Shown here piece after piece: positions 19,313-29,811 of a stretch of 64,000 nucleotides of DNA. The translations under genes were made by a program, and so were the position numbers. Numbering within the stretch: the first letter of the stretch is position 1; each line of letters begins with the position of its first letter. Below the pieces are notes generated by a model, which was not told where the DNA came from, did no database searches, and saw nothing but the letters and a program-made list of their open reading frames with translations. The stretch is from Candidatus Omnitrophota bacterium (GTDB taxonomy: Bacteria; Omnitrophota; Gorgyraeia; Zapsychrales; Zapsychraceae): assembly GCA_023247445.1 (NCBI GenBank), contig JAHFGL010000008.1, positions 13,774 through 77,773 on the forward strand, read 5' to 3'.

Positions 19313-20386
19313 ATGCAAGACAAATTTAACATGGATGGACATAAACTTCATTGGCATCTCGATCGGGTTAATGATTTTATGCAGGGCAAAAGGATCGCGC
19401 CGCTTCACATCGATTTGGGAATCACCACTGGATGTAATATGGCCTGCACATATTGTTATGGCGTCATTCAAGGACGCACCGGTATGAGCACCCGTACCGA
19501 TATGCCGGCAGAAACGATTACCCGTTTTTTCAGAGATGCGAAAGAGGTAGGTGTTCGTTCAATTGCCATTATAGGGGAAGGGGAGAATACGGTTAACCCC
19601 GCTATTTGGGATGCCTTTGCCTGCGCTAAGGAGATTGGTTTGGACATCAGCCTTGCCACCAACGGCATGGTTGTTCCCAAAGATAAGATATATGACATGC
19701 TTTCAGCTTTGATGTGGATTAGAATCAATATCAGTGCCGCCGACCCGGAGGCATTTTACAAACTCCATAGGGTCAGACAATTTGAAAATGTTTGCAACAA
19801 TATTAAGGCGCTTGTGGCAGTCAAGAAGCAACATGGTTTGAAAACAACGATTGGAATGCAGATGGTTGTCATGGACAATAACATGGATCAAATTGTCCCT
19901 TTAGCCAAGTTAGGTAAGGAGCTAGGTGTTGACTATTTGGTCGTGAAAGCCTGTTCGGACACCAAAGAAAAAACTTTGGATTCACCCAGCGAAAAATATC
20001 TCGAAATTGAATCGACTTTAAAAGAAGCGGAGTCCTTAAGCGAAGGAGATTACCGCGTTATCATCAAGTGGCATAAGCTTCAGAATAAAGGAATTAAGGA
20101 TTATAAGGTCTGTTATGGAACAAATTTTATCCTCGCCATTAGCGGGAAGGGATGCGTGTATCCCTGCGGGCATTGGTTTGATATCCGATCGGATGAGTTT
20201 TTTATGGGTAATATCAATGAAACGTCTTTCAAGGACATCGTTGCCAGCGATCGCTACGCCGAGGTACAAAAGAGAATCCAAAAGGTCGATGTCAACTGTG
20301 AATGTGAGAGCAATTGCCGGCCGCACTATGTCAACCGATATTTGTGGCAATTAAAGAATCCGCCGGAACACGTCAATTTTGTTTAA
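19313..20386 (+). CDS. Radical SAM enzyme with a Cys-rich C-terminal (SPASM/twitch-like) region
   Basis: GCNMACTYCYG (CxxxCxxC), plus C-terminal CVYPCGHW and CECESNC. Start ATG 19313 after AAGGGGGG. The track ORF starts at 19277. Confidence 0.7.
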   Translation: MQDKFNMDGHKLHWHLDRVNDFMQGKRIAPLHIDLGITTGCNMACTYCYGVIQGRTGMSTRTDMPAETITRFFRDAKEVGVRSIAIIGEGENTVNPAIWDAFACAKEIGLDISLATNGMVVPKDKIYDMLSALMWIRINISAADPEAFYKLHRVRQFENVCNNIKALVAVKKQHGLKTTIGMQMVVMDNNMDQIVPLAKLGKELGVDYLVVKACSDTKEKTLDSPSEKYLEIESTLKEAESLSEGDYRVIIKWHKLQNKGIKDYKVCYGTNFILAISGKGCVYPCGHWFDIRSDEFFMGNINETSFKDIVASDRYAEVQKRIQKVDVNCECESNCRPHYVNRYLWQLKNPPEHVNFV

Positions 20387-20404
20387 TAGCAAAAAGGATT
20401 ATCT

Positions 20405-21271
20405 ATGAAAATTTTGGTTTTCGGTTCAACCGGGCTTATTGGCACGGCTCTTGAGATTGTGAGCCGTAAAAAAAACATCCAGTGTGTCGGTTTGGGACAT
20501 CACGATGTTGACGCAACGGATGAACAGGCTGTGCGTAAAGCAATCATTGAACACCGCCCAACGGTTGTGATTAATAGTGTCGTGATCATCGGCCCGCCGT
20601 GTGAAGAAGATCCATTAAAGGCATTTCAGGTAAATACATTAGCCGCTTATTACATGGCCAGGGTATGTGCTCAAGAAGATATCCTATTTATTCAACCAAG
20701 CACCCATGCTGTTTTTGACGGGACATTAGATGATTTCTACACGGAATCCGATGAGCCGCGGCCCATGAATATTTATAGCGGCAGTAAATACTTGGCAGAA
20801 ATTTTTGCAGCTAATTTATGTCCTAAACATTATATTGTACGTTTTCCGACGATGTTCGGCCCGCGCAGAAATCAGAAAGGAGGGTTCGTAGACAAGATGC
20901 TTGCTCGAATCAAAAGCGGACAGGAGTTAAGAGTAGTCGTTGATAAAATCGATTCTTTAAGTTATTCCATTGATATTGCCGGGCAGATACTCTTGATGCT
21001 AGACCGCCAGGTTCCTTATGGATTTTATCATCTGGCTAACGCGGGAAAGATTAGTTTTTATGAGTTCATCAGGAAAATGATGCAGTTGTTAGAGGTAAAA
21101 AATAACCTTGTACCGGCCAAGGCAGGCGATTTTTCGACGCAAGGTCATCAATCCTTAAAAACCGCCATGAAATCGGAAAAACTTCCTTCTTTGAGAAATT
21201 GGGAAGAGGCTTTATCCGAATACGTTTCCGTTTATTTAAAACCAGGAATTCATGAGGAGGTAAAAAAGTGA
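20405..21271 (+). CDS. RmlD-like (dTDP-4-dehydrorhamnose reductase family) SDR
   Basis: MKILVFGSTGLIGTAL. 288 aa, the length and N-terminus typical of RmlD. Confidence 0.55.
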   Translation: MKILVFGSTGLIGTALEIVSRKKNIQCVGLGHHDVDATDEQAVRKAIIEHRPTVVINSVVIIGPPCEEDPLKAFQVNTLAAYYMARVCAQEDILFIQPSTHAVFDGTLDDFYTESDEPRPMNIYSGSKYLAEIFAANLCPKHYIVRFPTMFGPRRNQKGGFVDKMLARIKSGQELRVVVDKIDSLSYSIDIAGQILLMLDRQVPYGFYHLANAGKISFYEFIRKMMQLLEVKNNLVPAKAGDFSTQGHQSLKTAMKSEKLPSLRNWEEALSEYVSVYLKPGIHEEVKK

Positions 21272-22497
21272 GCTTTTACGATGTTTCCATGGAAATTATT
21301 TCTCGAGAGATAAAAAATAGGGACAATTTGCAAAAGGTTATTAAAAAAATTGAGACCGCTTCTAAAAATGGAAAGAAAATCGCGTTTTATCCTTCTGGGG
21401 TATACAGCCGAGTTATGTTAAAAGAAATCCGTCAGTACGCGCCGGAGCTTCTCTCAAAGGTGCTCGGTTGCTTTGATCGCTCCTCTGAAGCCACGATGGA
21501 AGGTGATGTTAACGTCTATGAATTGGCGGAATTAAACAAACTTAAAGATAAAATTGGTCTATTGGTGGTTACATCCAATACCTTTCATGCCAAGGAAATG
21601 AGACATATCCAGGAATTGACCAGCTATAAAGGCCGGGTTTTAAACACCTCGCGTTTTGATATCACATTTCCCGAGAAAAATGATAAAGAAATTATTGCTG
21701 ATATTAAAAAAGTTTACGATCTGTTAGCGGATCAAAAATCAAAGATGGCCTATCTTATTACATGGTTGTCACGTTTGCTTAATGACGAAGATTTGACATA
21801 CATATTCGAAAGTGAAGATACCCGGGACGTCGATGTGAGTAATCCTATTTTGAAATATAAAAACTATATGATTGAAGGGTTAGATGATGTATGCAAACAA
21901 GAACTCAACGCTGAACTTTATGAGATGAAATATGTGAAATCTTTACCCGGGGATGTCGTTTTTGACGTCGGCGCTTATAAAGGCGATACCGCGGTCTATT
22001 TCGCCGATCGTGTCGGCAAAAAGGGAAAAGTTTATTCTTTTGAGCCGGTTAAAGCCAATTACAATACGCTCGTCAAAAATATCAAGAGAAATAAACTAGA
22101 AGATATCATCGTTCCCATCAATAAAGGCTGCGCGCCTAAAACGGGCTCTTTAAAAATTGTTTCTTCGAATTCTGGTGCGCCATGGTCTTTTGTGTCGGAA
22201 AACAAGGGCATTGAGAATGTGGAAATGATCGCCCTGGATGATTTTATCCGATCCAATAAAATTGATAAACTTGATTTTATCAAAATGGATGTCGAGGGAT
22301 TCGAAGAGAGCGCTCTTCTTGGCGCCCAAGAAACCATTAAACAGTTTAGGCCCAAATTGGCCATTTGTCTTTATCATCTATCCAGCGATATATTGCGTAT
22401 TCCGTTTATGATCCATAAGTTGGCGGATTACAAGCTGTATGTCCGCTGCCAAATGGAAGGGCCATACGGGATTAATCTATACGGAATTAAAAAATAA
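21268..22497 (+). CDS. FkbM-family methyltransferase with an N-terminal extension
   Basis: FDVGAYKGDTAVYFA and IDFIKMDVEGFEESAL motifs in the C-terminal half. The N-terminal ~200 aa are unassigned. GTGA start overlap. Confidence 0.6.
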   Translation: MSFYDVSMEIISREIKNRDNLQKVIKKIETASKNGKKIAFYPSGVYSRVMLKEIRQYAPELLSKVLGCFDRSSEATMEGDVNVYELAELNKLKDKIGLLVVTSNTFHAKEMRHIQELTSYKGRVLNTSRFDITFPEKNDKEIIADIKKVYDLLADQKSKMAYLITWLSRLLNDEDLTYIFESEDTRDVDVSNPILKYKNYMIEGLDDVCKQELNAELYEMKYVKSLPGDVVFDVGAYKGDTAVYFADRVGKKGKVYSFEPVKANYNTLVKNIKRNKLEDIIVPINKGCAPKTGSLKIVSSNSGAPWSFVSENKGIENVEMIALDDFIRSNKIDKLDFIKMDVEGFEESALLGAQETIKQFRPKLAICLYHLSSDILRIPFMIHKLADYKLYVRCQMEGPYGINLYGIKK

Positions 22498-23750
22498 TGC
22501 GTGAATTTTTAATTTGTCAAATAGAACAAGCGAAAAAAGACCCTTTTAGAGTTTTACCCAAAAAGATAGGCCGGTTTCTGTTACTGATATTGGTCCTGCC
22601 GATTATTGCGGTTATCCGCCTGATCAGTCCCTGGATACTTATTCGATTTGGTCAGTTGCCCAGTAGCCGCCTCGGACCTTTTTCCATGTGCCCGGAGCTG
22701 TATTTCTGCGAACGTGACCAAGGTCTTCAGCCCAAAAGCGTTGATTTTTTTTACTGCAACAATGAAAAGATTGCGAATTCCTATTTAAAGAAAATGTGGG
22801 GACGCTTGCTTCACGTATCTTCTTTGACAAAAACATTTATATCTGCCAGCAAGCTATTACCGGGCCATAAAAGACATGGAATTGAACTTCCCCATGAACA
22901 CGATTATCGCGCGCTACTGGCTACAACAGAGCGGACTCATATTTACTTTACTGATGAAGAAAAAGAAAAAGGAAAGCAGTTTTTGGTCCAAAGAGGAGTT
23001 TCAACGAATCAAAAATTTGTTTGTTTCGCATCCAGAGATTCGGTTTACCTTAATACGGTGCAGCCGCAAAACAATTGGGATTATCATAATTATCGTGATT
23101 TTAATATACACGATTGCCTTCCAGCAGCGGAAGAATTGACCAAAAGAGGCTACACGCTATTTCGTATGGGGGCAATCGTTCAGGAAACGCTTAAGACGGA
23201 TAATCCTCGGATTATTGACTACGCAACACAGTTTCGCAATGAGTTCTTAGATATTTTTTTGTTAGGCAGTTGCCGTTTTTATTTGGGTTCTTTAAGTGGG
23301 ATTAACAGCGTCTCTATGATATTCCGCCGTCCTAAAGCGGTTGTCAACGCCGTTCCCATGGAGACGGTTCATACATGGATGCCAAATGATTTATTTATCC
23401 CAAAAAAGATATGGCATCATCGGGAAGGTCGTTTTTTGACTTTCGAAGAGATGCTCGATTCTAATATTGGAGGTTTTCATCGCGGCGATCAATACGCACA
23501 ACACGATTTGGAAGTGGTTAATAATACGGCCGAAGAAATAATGTCGTTGGCTGTGGAAATGGATGAACGGTTAAACGGTATTTGGCAAACGGCCGAAGGA
23601 GATGAGGCCCTGCAGGAACAGTTTCGAGAAATTTTCAGGCGGAAAACATGCCATCGAAAAATTCTCGCGCGGATCGGCCGAAATTTTTTAAGACAAAACC
23701 GTTGGTTATTAGAGGGGGAAAAGAGTGAAATCGTTAGTATTCATTTGTGA
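22497..23750 (+). CDS. Hypothetical protein, possible GT-B-like transferase
   Basis: 417 aa, no recognised motif except DIFLLGSCRFYLGSLSGINSV, a GT-B-like nucleotide-binding stretch. TAATG coupling to the upstream gene. Confidence 0.3.
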   Translation: MREFLICQIEQAKKDPFRVLPKKIGRFLLLILVLPIIAVIRLISPWILIRFGQLPSSRLGPFSMCPELYFCERDQGLQPKSVDFFYCNNEKIANSYLKKMWGRLLHVSSLTKTFISASKLLPGHKRHGIELPHEHDYRALLATTERTHIYFTDEEKEKGKQFLVQRGVSTNQKFVCFASRDSVYLNTVQPQNNWDYHNYRDFNIHDCLPAAEELTKRGYTLFRMGAIVQETLKTDNPRIIDYATQFRNEFLDIFLLGSCRFYLGSLSGINSVSMIFRRPKAVVNAVPMETVHTWMPNDLFIPKKIWHHREGRFLTFEEMLDSNIGGFHRGDQYAQHDLEVVNNTAEEIMSLAVEMDERLNGIWQTAEGDEALQEQFREIFRRKTCHRKILARIGRNFLRQNRWLLEGEKSEIVSIHL

Positions 23751-25518
23751 AATTTTTAAGAAATTTCCGTTTTTGCTGACCGCCAATGTTCTTTTGTTCG
23801 TGGTGGTAGGCGTCTTGGGGGCATGTTCGCTGTTATCCGCCGGGCCTTTGGTTGATTTTTTTCTCGATCCGCAATTACACAACGCAAGTGCTCTGACGAA
23901 GAAGGCGGTAGCGTTTTTGGCATCTTGGGGAATTCCGGCAACGCTCGCCACTTGGACGATTGTCCTTATCGTTTTTGTTGCTTTGGTCAATGTGTTTCAG
24001 GTTTTAGCCAGGCATTCCATTCTTAAGACCAAATACGCCGTATTGCGGGATTTGATGCTTGGGACATTTGAAGATTTTTTCAATACACGCTGGTATTTTT
24101 TCAGCAGCGGCAGACAGGGAATGTTGCTTAATACCTTTACACGCGAAATTACCGTCATTGGAGATGCCTTTGGAGCCATGGCGCTTTTTTTTGCCAATAT
24201 ATTACAATTGGGTTTTGCTCTTGTTATTCCATTTTATCTGTCGTGGCAGGTTACGTTAATTAGCCTCAGCGCCGCCTTACTGTTCGCCCTGCCGTTTGCC
24301 TTATTTAGCAAATACAGTTATCGTTTGGGAAAGCTTAATACGGCAACGGCTAATGAGATGACTTCGGTCGTGCATGAGAATCTCGCCGCCGCTAAACTTT
24401 TATTGGGATTCGGCAACCAGAAAAAAGGCAATGACCGTTTCGCCGAGGCTTTTGACGCGCACCGTTGTGTGACGGTGAAGTCTCAAATCATCAACATAGC
24501 CATTCCAATTCTCTATCGTCCTTTTGCGATTATTACGGTTGTTATTGCTTTATTTGCGGCACAGCGGTTCCATGTGCCGTTTTCTGAGATAACTATATTG
24601 TTGTTTGCTCTTTTACAAGTGGCGATTTCACTCAGCAGTATTACGACCCAAAAAAACGCCTTGGAGAATTTTTTCCCAAGTTATGAACAAATTAAGCATC
24701 TGCGCGAGCGTGCGCGTGAAATGCGTCAACCGCTGGGCAAAAGAGAATTCAAAGGTTTTAAAGAGAATATTATGGTTGAGCATTTGTCTTTCTCTTATCC
24801 GGGCCATGCGCCTGTCTTAAAAGAAGTAAATATTCGTATTGCTAAAGGTAAAATGATTGCGCTCGTCGGAAAATCCGGCGCAGGTAAGTCAACCTTAATT
24901 GATATTCTCATGGGCTTTCATCAACAGACCGCAGGGCGCATTATGTTCGATGGAATCTCTTTTCAAGAGTATGATACCAATTCATATCGTTGCTGTATTG
25001 GCTATGTGCCGCAGGACAGTGTTTTATTTAACATGAGCATTCGTGACAATTTGTTATGGGCAAACCCGAAAGCATCACAAAAGCAATTAGAAGAGGCTTG
25101 TCGTTTGGCTTATGCCGATGAATTTATCAGCCGTTTGCCGGAAGGGGATAACACCGTTGTTGGAGACCGTGGGGTGCGGCTTTCAGGCGGACAAATCCAG
25201 AGGATGGCCTTAGCCAGGGCTTTTGTCCGCTGTCCGGAACTTTTGATTTTAGATGAAGCGACCAGTTCGCTGGATACGCATTCCGAGAGGTTTATTCAAA
25301 AAGCTATTGAAAATATCGCAACCCAGACGACTGTGGTTGTTGTCGCGCATCGTCTTTCAACTATTAAGAAAGCGGATTGTATTTATGTTATGGAAAACGG
25401 CCAGATCGCAGAAGAAGGGACGTATGCGGATCTTGTTGGCAGCGAGGGCCGTTTTAATTCCATGGTTAAGCTTCAGGAGCTGGAAGTTCTTTCTACGAAT
25501 AATATGATCAAAATATGA
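23725..25518 (+). CDS. ABC exporter, fused permease-ATPase (MsbA/type I exporter-like)
   Basis: About 6 TM helices at the N-terminus. Walker A GKSGAGKST, signature LSGGQIQR and Walker B ILDEATS. GTG start after AGAGGGGGAA. Confidence 0.85.
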   Translation: MKSLVFICEIFKKFPFLLTANVLLFVVVGVLGACSLLSAGPLVDFFLDPQLHNASALTKKAVAFLASWGIPATLATWTIVLIVFVALVNVFQVLARHSILKTKYAVLRDLMLGTFEDFFNTRWYFFSSGRQGMLLNTFTREITVIGDAFGAMALFFANILQLGFALVIPFYLSWQVTLISLSAALLFALPFALFSKYSYRLGKLNTATANEMTSVVHENLAAAKLLLGFGNQKKGNDRFAEAFDAHRCVTVKSQIINIAIPILYRPFAIITVVIALFAAQRFHVPFSEITILLFALLQVAISLSSITTQKNALENFFPSYEQIKHLRERAREMRQPLGKREFKGFKENIMVEHLSFSYPGHAPVLKEVNIRIAKGKMIALVGKSGAGKSTLIDILMGFHQQTAGRIMFDGISFQEYDTNSYRCCIGYVPQDSVLFNMSIRDNLLWANPKASQKQLEEACRLAYADEFISRLPEGDNTVVGDRGVRLSGGQIQRMALARAFVRCPELLILDEATSSLDTHSERFIQKAIENIATQTTVVVVAHRLSTIKKADCIYVMENGQIAEEGTYADLVGSEGRFNSMVKLQELEVLSTNNMIKI

Positions 25519-26630
25519 GTAAAAATCCTTATATAAAAATAGCCAATCGTTTAGTCGGCCAAGACTATCCACCTTTAGTGATCGCTGAAATCGGCATTAA
25601 CCATGAAGGGAGTCTTAAAAAAGCGCTTCAAATGGTCGATGACGCGAAAAAAGCCGAATGTGAGTGCGTTAAGTTTCAATGTCATGTCATTGAAGATGAA
25701 ATGATTCCGGCGGCTAAATCCGTTATTCCAGGAAATGCTAAAGAAAGTATTTGGAATATTATGGAAAGATGCGCCCTTAGCGAAAAAGAGGAGGCGCATT
25801 TAAAAAAATACGTTGAATCGAAAGGCATGATTTATCTTTCAACGCCGTTTTCGCGCTCGGCGGCGGAAAGGTTAGAAAAAATGAAAGTAATAGCGTATAA
25901 AATTGGTTCCGGCGAATGTAATAATTATCCTTTAATCGAGCATATAGCTTCCTACGGCAAGCTCGTCATTCTTAGCACGGGTATGAATGATCTCTCAACT
26001 ATAACGCCAGCGGTTAAAATCTTAAGAAAGATGAGAGTTCCCTTTGCTTTAATGCATTGTACGTCCATGTATCCCACTCCTTACGCGAAGGTACGCTTGG
26101 GCGCTGTTTCCGAATTGGCTAAAACCTTTCCGGATGCCGTTCTTGGCTTAAGCGATCATTCATTGGGAATTTATACATGTCTTGCCTCGGTGGTTTTGGG
26201 CGCTAGTATTCTTGAGAAACATTTCACCTCCGATAAGACTTGGTCTGGCCCGGATGTTCCTATTTCCATAGATCCATTGGAGCTTAAAGAATTAATCGAG
26301 GGATCAAAAGCTATTCACCAGGCTCTGGGCGGGCAAAAAGATATTTTAGCTCAGGAACAGCCGACGATTGATTTTGCCTATGCGTGTGTTGTCTCAACGC
26401 GAGACATCCGCCAAGCAGAAGCGTTAACGAGGGAAAATATTTGGGTAAAACGTCCTGGAACGGGAGAGATTAAGGCAAAAGACTTTAATAATCTTTTAGG
26501 AAAAAAAGTCAACGTTAGTATTAAAAAAAATGAACAGTTAAAGTGGAATCAAATAATCCATGGTAAATATAGTTTAAACTTTAAGGAGGAAGAGTCCAAT
26601 GCGAATTTATCTCGCGCAATTAACACATGA
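25515..26630 (+). CDS. N-acylneuraminate/nonulosonate synthase (NeuB family) with C-terminal SAF domain
   Basis: IAEIGINHEGS signature. 371 aa, consistent with a TIM barrel plus antifreeze-like domain. Confidence 0.8.
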   Translation: MSKNPYIKIANRLVGQDYPPLVIAEIGINHEGSLKKALQMVDDAKKAECECVKFQCHVIEDEMIPAAKSVIPGNAKESIWNIMERCALSEKEEAHLKKYVESKGMIYLSTPFSRSAAERLEKMKVIAYKIGSGECNNYPLIEHIASYGKLVILSTGMNDLSTITPAVKILRKMRVPFALMHCTSMYPTPYAKVRLGAVSELAKTFPDAVLGLSDHSLGIYTCLASVVLGASILEKHFTSDKTWSGPDVPISIDPLELKELIEGSKAIHQALGGQKDILAQEQPTIDFAYACVVSTRDIRQAEALTRENIWVKRPGTGEIKAKDFNNLLGKKVNVSIKKNEQLKWNQIIHGKYSLNFKEEESNANLSRAINT

Positions 26631-28644
26631 AAGAAATAGCGTGTTTCAAAATCATTGCTTTCCTCTCGCGGTTGGTTTTATCGGATCGTATCTTAAAAAA
26701 GAGTTTGGAGAACAGGTTGACATTGAACTCTTTAAATCGACTAAAGATTTAAACGAGGCCTTTGCTAGGGCAACCCCGGATGTGCTTATGTTAAGTAGTT
26801 ATATGTGGAACTATAATCTTACTCTTTCTTACACCGAAGAAGCCCGGGCGCAATGTAAAGATTTATTGATTATCGTTGGTGGTCCTCATATTAGTCTCGA
26901 TCCGGCAGAACGCCAAAGATTTTTAAGAGAACACCCAGCCATTGATGCGTATGTACTATTTGAAGGGGAGAGGGTAGCTAAAGAAATCATAACCACGTTT
27001 CTAAACACCAAAAGCAGGGAAGCTGTTAAAAGACTGGCCGTAACACAGTCGGCAATTATTGCTGTTAATGCCAATGAAGATGTCGCTAAGACTTCAGGCG
27101 ATGTTGACCGCTTCAGCCGGATAGGCCTTAAAGGCTCCTCGCTTTCTTTGAATGATATTCCTTCTCCGTATTTAAATGGTATGTTTGATAAGTTCTTTAA
27201 AGATGCCGAGATCCCTTTGATTGAAACCAACCGTGGGTGTCCCTTTACCTGCTCGTTTTGCCAGCAAGGCGGTGAGTATTATACCAAGGTCGTTCATTTT
27301 GACGTTGAGCGTGTACGTCAAGAGATCATGTATATAGCAGACAAAATTGATAAAGAAAAAATTGATGCCTACGTGTTGGAGGTTGCGGATCCGAACTTTG
27401 GGATGTTTGAACGCGACCGCGAGATATGCGCCGCCATTAGAGAAGCTCAGGAGAAAACAGGTTATCCTAAATATGTCGGGTGTTCAACTGGAAAGAATAA
27501 GGCCGATGTCATTATCGAGAACACTTCTTTACTGCAGTTAGGGACCATTCAATTAAGAAGCGCCATGCAATCTTTGCACACAGAAACCTTGGATGCCATT
27601 AAGCGTAAAAATATAAAAGTAGACGCCTATTATCAGATTCAGAAAGATATGGATGCTAAGGGACTCGAAAATAATACCGACATGATGCTCGGGTTGCCTT
27701 TGGAAACCAAGAGCTCGCATTTTAAAGGGATTTTTGATTTGATTGATGCTGGCATCAGAGAATTTTCCTGCGTGCAAACAATAGTTCTTCCAGGGATAGA
27801 AATGGAACTTAAATCCTACAAGGAAAAATATGGCATAAAGACAAAATACCGTTTTATTCCAGAAGGGATCGGCCAGTACAACATTCTCGGTAAAGAGAAA
27901 AATGTCGCTGAAATAGAAGAAATCATTGTTCAGACAAACACGATGTCTTACGAGGATTATTTTGAATGCCGAAAATTGCATTTATTGTTAATGATATTCC
28001 ATAACACGAGATTATTGTCGACTGTTTATAAATACCTGGAAGACTTAAATATTAAAAAATCCGAAATCGTAAAACGCCTGTACGAATATTATCCTCAAAA
28101 CCAAACGCTTAAGAGTTTGCTTGAGGTTTTTAAACAGGACACAGAGAGCGAATTGTTCAATCAGTTAAGTGATATCAATTTTGATTCTCCCAATAATGAG
28201 GCTGTTTCTTACAATAAGATATTTAAACACTTATCCATTGTCTGGTTTGAACATAAAGATATTATCCTCGAGACTTTGACAACCGTTTTGTTGGATATTT
28301 TAGGCCCAGAAAATGCTTCTGAAATAGATGAATTGGTCGAAATTATCAGAATCGGAATGGTTGATCCCTTCCAATATCTTGAAAGGCGAGTGATTCAAAT
28401 TCAATCCAAGAAGCTGCAACGTGTTTTATCATCGCAGCTTGAATATTATCCCTCAGATAGGCAATTAACGACGATACGGATCATTAATAATTTGTATAAA
28501 ACACCTGAGGATAGGATCAATAAAATGGTTTATAAGCTAAGGCCGGTTAATTTGATGCTAAAGATTAGCTTGACCAAAAGTGAAGAGAGCTCGAACTCGA
28601 TGGCAACCTCGATGGCAACAGAGACCTCCGAAGCAGCTTATTAA
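26599..28644 (+). CDS. B12-binding radical SAM enzyme (class B-like) with a long C-terminal extension
   Basis: N-terminal cobalamin-binding-like domain, RGCPFTCSFCQQG cluster motif. 681 aa. AAGGAGGA RBS. Confidence 0.7.
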   Translation: MRIYLAQLTHERNSVFQNHCFPLAVGFIGSYLKKEFGEQVDIELFKSTKDLNEAFARATPDVLMLSSYMWNYNLTLSYTEEARAQCKDLLIIVGGPHISLDPAERQRFLREHPAIDAYVLFEGERVAKEIITTFLNTKSREAVKRLAVTQSAIIAVNANEDVAKTSGDVDRFSRIGLKGSSLSLNDIPSPYLNGMFDKFFKDAEIPLIETNRGCPFTCSFCQQGGEYYTKVVHFDVERVRQEIMYIADKIDKEKIDAYVLEVADPNFGMFERDREICAAIREAQEKTGYPKYVGCSTGKNKADVIIENTSLLQLGTIQLRSAMQSLHTETLDAIKRKNIKVDAYYQIQKDMDAKGLENNTDMMLGLPLETKSSHFKGIFDLIDAGIREFSCVQTIVLPGIEMELKSYKEKYGIKTKYRFIPEGIGQYNILGKEKNVAEIEEIIVQTNTMSYEDYFECRKLHLLLMIFHNTRLLSTVYKYLEDLNIKKSEIVKRLYEYYPQNQTLKSLLEVFKQDTESELFNQLSDINFDSPNNEAVSYNKIFKHLSIVWFEHKDIILETLTTVLLDILGPENASEIDELVEIIRIGMVDPFQYLERRVIQIQSKKLQRVLSSQLEYYPSDRQLTTIRIINNLYKTPEDRINKMVYKLRPVNLMLKISLTKSEESSNSMATSMATETSEAAY

Positions 28645-29801
28645 TGGGAGAATTAGAAACGATGCCTAAAAAAATACTTTTTATTACGAGTACTCGCGCC
28701 GATTTTGGCAAACTGAAACCGCTGATGAGAAAAGTTGAACAATCATCCGCGTTTGAATGTTATATCTTTGTTACGGGGATGCACATGCTTTCTCGTTACG
28801 GCTCAACGATTAATGAAATCAAAAAAAGTAATTTTAAGAATATTTTTCCCTATATGAACCAGATGGACAATAACGGTTTTGATATGGATATCGTTTTAGC
28901 AAATACCATCCAAGGTATCGGTCATTATAGTCGAGAATATAAGCCGGATATGATTGTTGTTCATGGGGATCGTGTGGAGGCTCTCGCTGGTGCTATTGTG
29001 GGAACATTAAATAATATCCTTGTGGCGCATATTGAGGGAGGTGAGGTATCCGGTACGGTGGATGAACTGATCCGTCACGCGGTCAGTAAATTGGCTCATC
29101 TTCATTTTGTCGCTAATGATGAAGCGCGTATGCGCTTGATTCAGATGGGAGAGACCAAGGATTCGATTTTCGTGATAGGCTCACCGGATATCGACGTAAT
29201 GCTTTCCGAGAGCCTGCCTACTTTACAGGAAGTTAAACAAAGATATGATATCCCGTTTGAGGAATATTTTATTTTTTCCTATCATCCCGTGACAACAGCT
29301 CTCCATAAATTGATACAGGATATTGATGTTGTGGTAGACACGATAAAAGATTCCAGACTCAATTTTATCATCATTTATCCCAACAATGACCGTGGTTCGG
29401 ATATTATTCTGGAATCGTTGAAACGTTTAGAAAACAACATGCGTTTTAAGCTTTTTTCTTCTCTGCGCTTTGAATATTTTTTAACGCTTCTTAAACACGC
29501 TAAGGCTATCGTGGGCAACTCCAGTGCTGGAATAAGGGAAGCGCCGGTTTACGGAGTCCCAACCATCAATATAGGCAATAGACAAATCAATCGATACCAG
29601 TATCCATCCATCGTGGATGTCCGCGAGAATAAGAGTGATATCCTTGGCGCTTTAAGAAATCTTCCTACGGGGATAAAACCGTCTTTGCATTTTGGCGACG
29701 GTAATAGCGCTGAAGCTTTTTTACAATACTTGCAAGATCCTGGATTTTGGTCAAGATCGTGCCAAAAACAATTCCAAAATTTTTCTGATGTTGTTTTATA
29801 G
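28644..29801 (+). CDS. neuC: UDP-N-acetylglucosamine 2-epimerase, hydrolysing (NeuC family)
   Basis: KILFITSTRADFGKL, GDRVEALAGAIVG and HIEGGEVSGTVDE. 385 aa. Confidence 0.8.
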   Translation: MGELETMPKKILFITSTRADFGKLKPLMRKVEQSSAFECYIFVTGMHMLSRYGSTINEIKKSNFKNIFPYMNQMDNNGFDMDIVLANTIQGIGHYSREYKPDMIVVHGDRVEALAGAIVGTLNNILVAHIEGGEVSGTVDELIRHAVSKLAHLHFVANDEARMRLIQMGETKDSIFVIGSPDIDVMLSESLPTLQEVKQRYDIPFEEYFIFSYHPVTTALHKLIQDIDVVVDTIKDSRLNFIIIYPNNDRGSDIILESLKRLENNMRFKLFSSLRFEYFLTLLKHAKAIVGNSSAGIREAPVYGVPTINIGNRQINRYQYPSIVDVRENKSDILGALRNLPTGIKPSLHFGDGNSAEAFLQYLQDPGFWSRSCQKQFQNFSDVVL

Positions 29802-29811
29802 AAAAAGTTAA

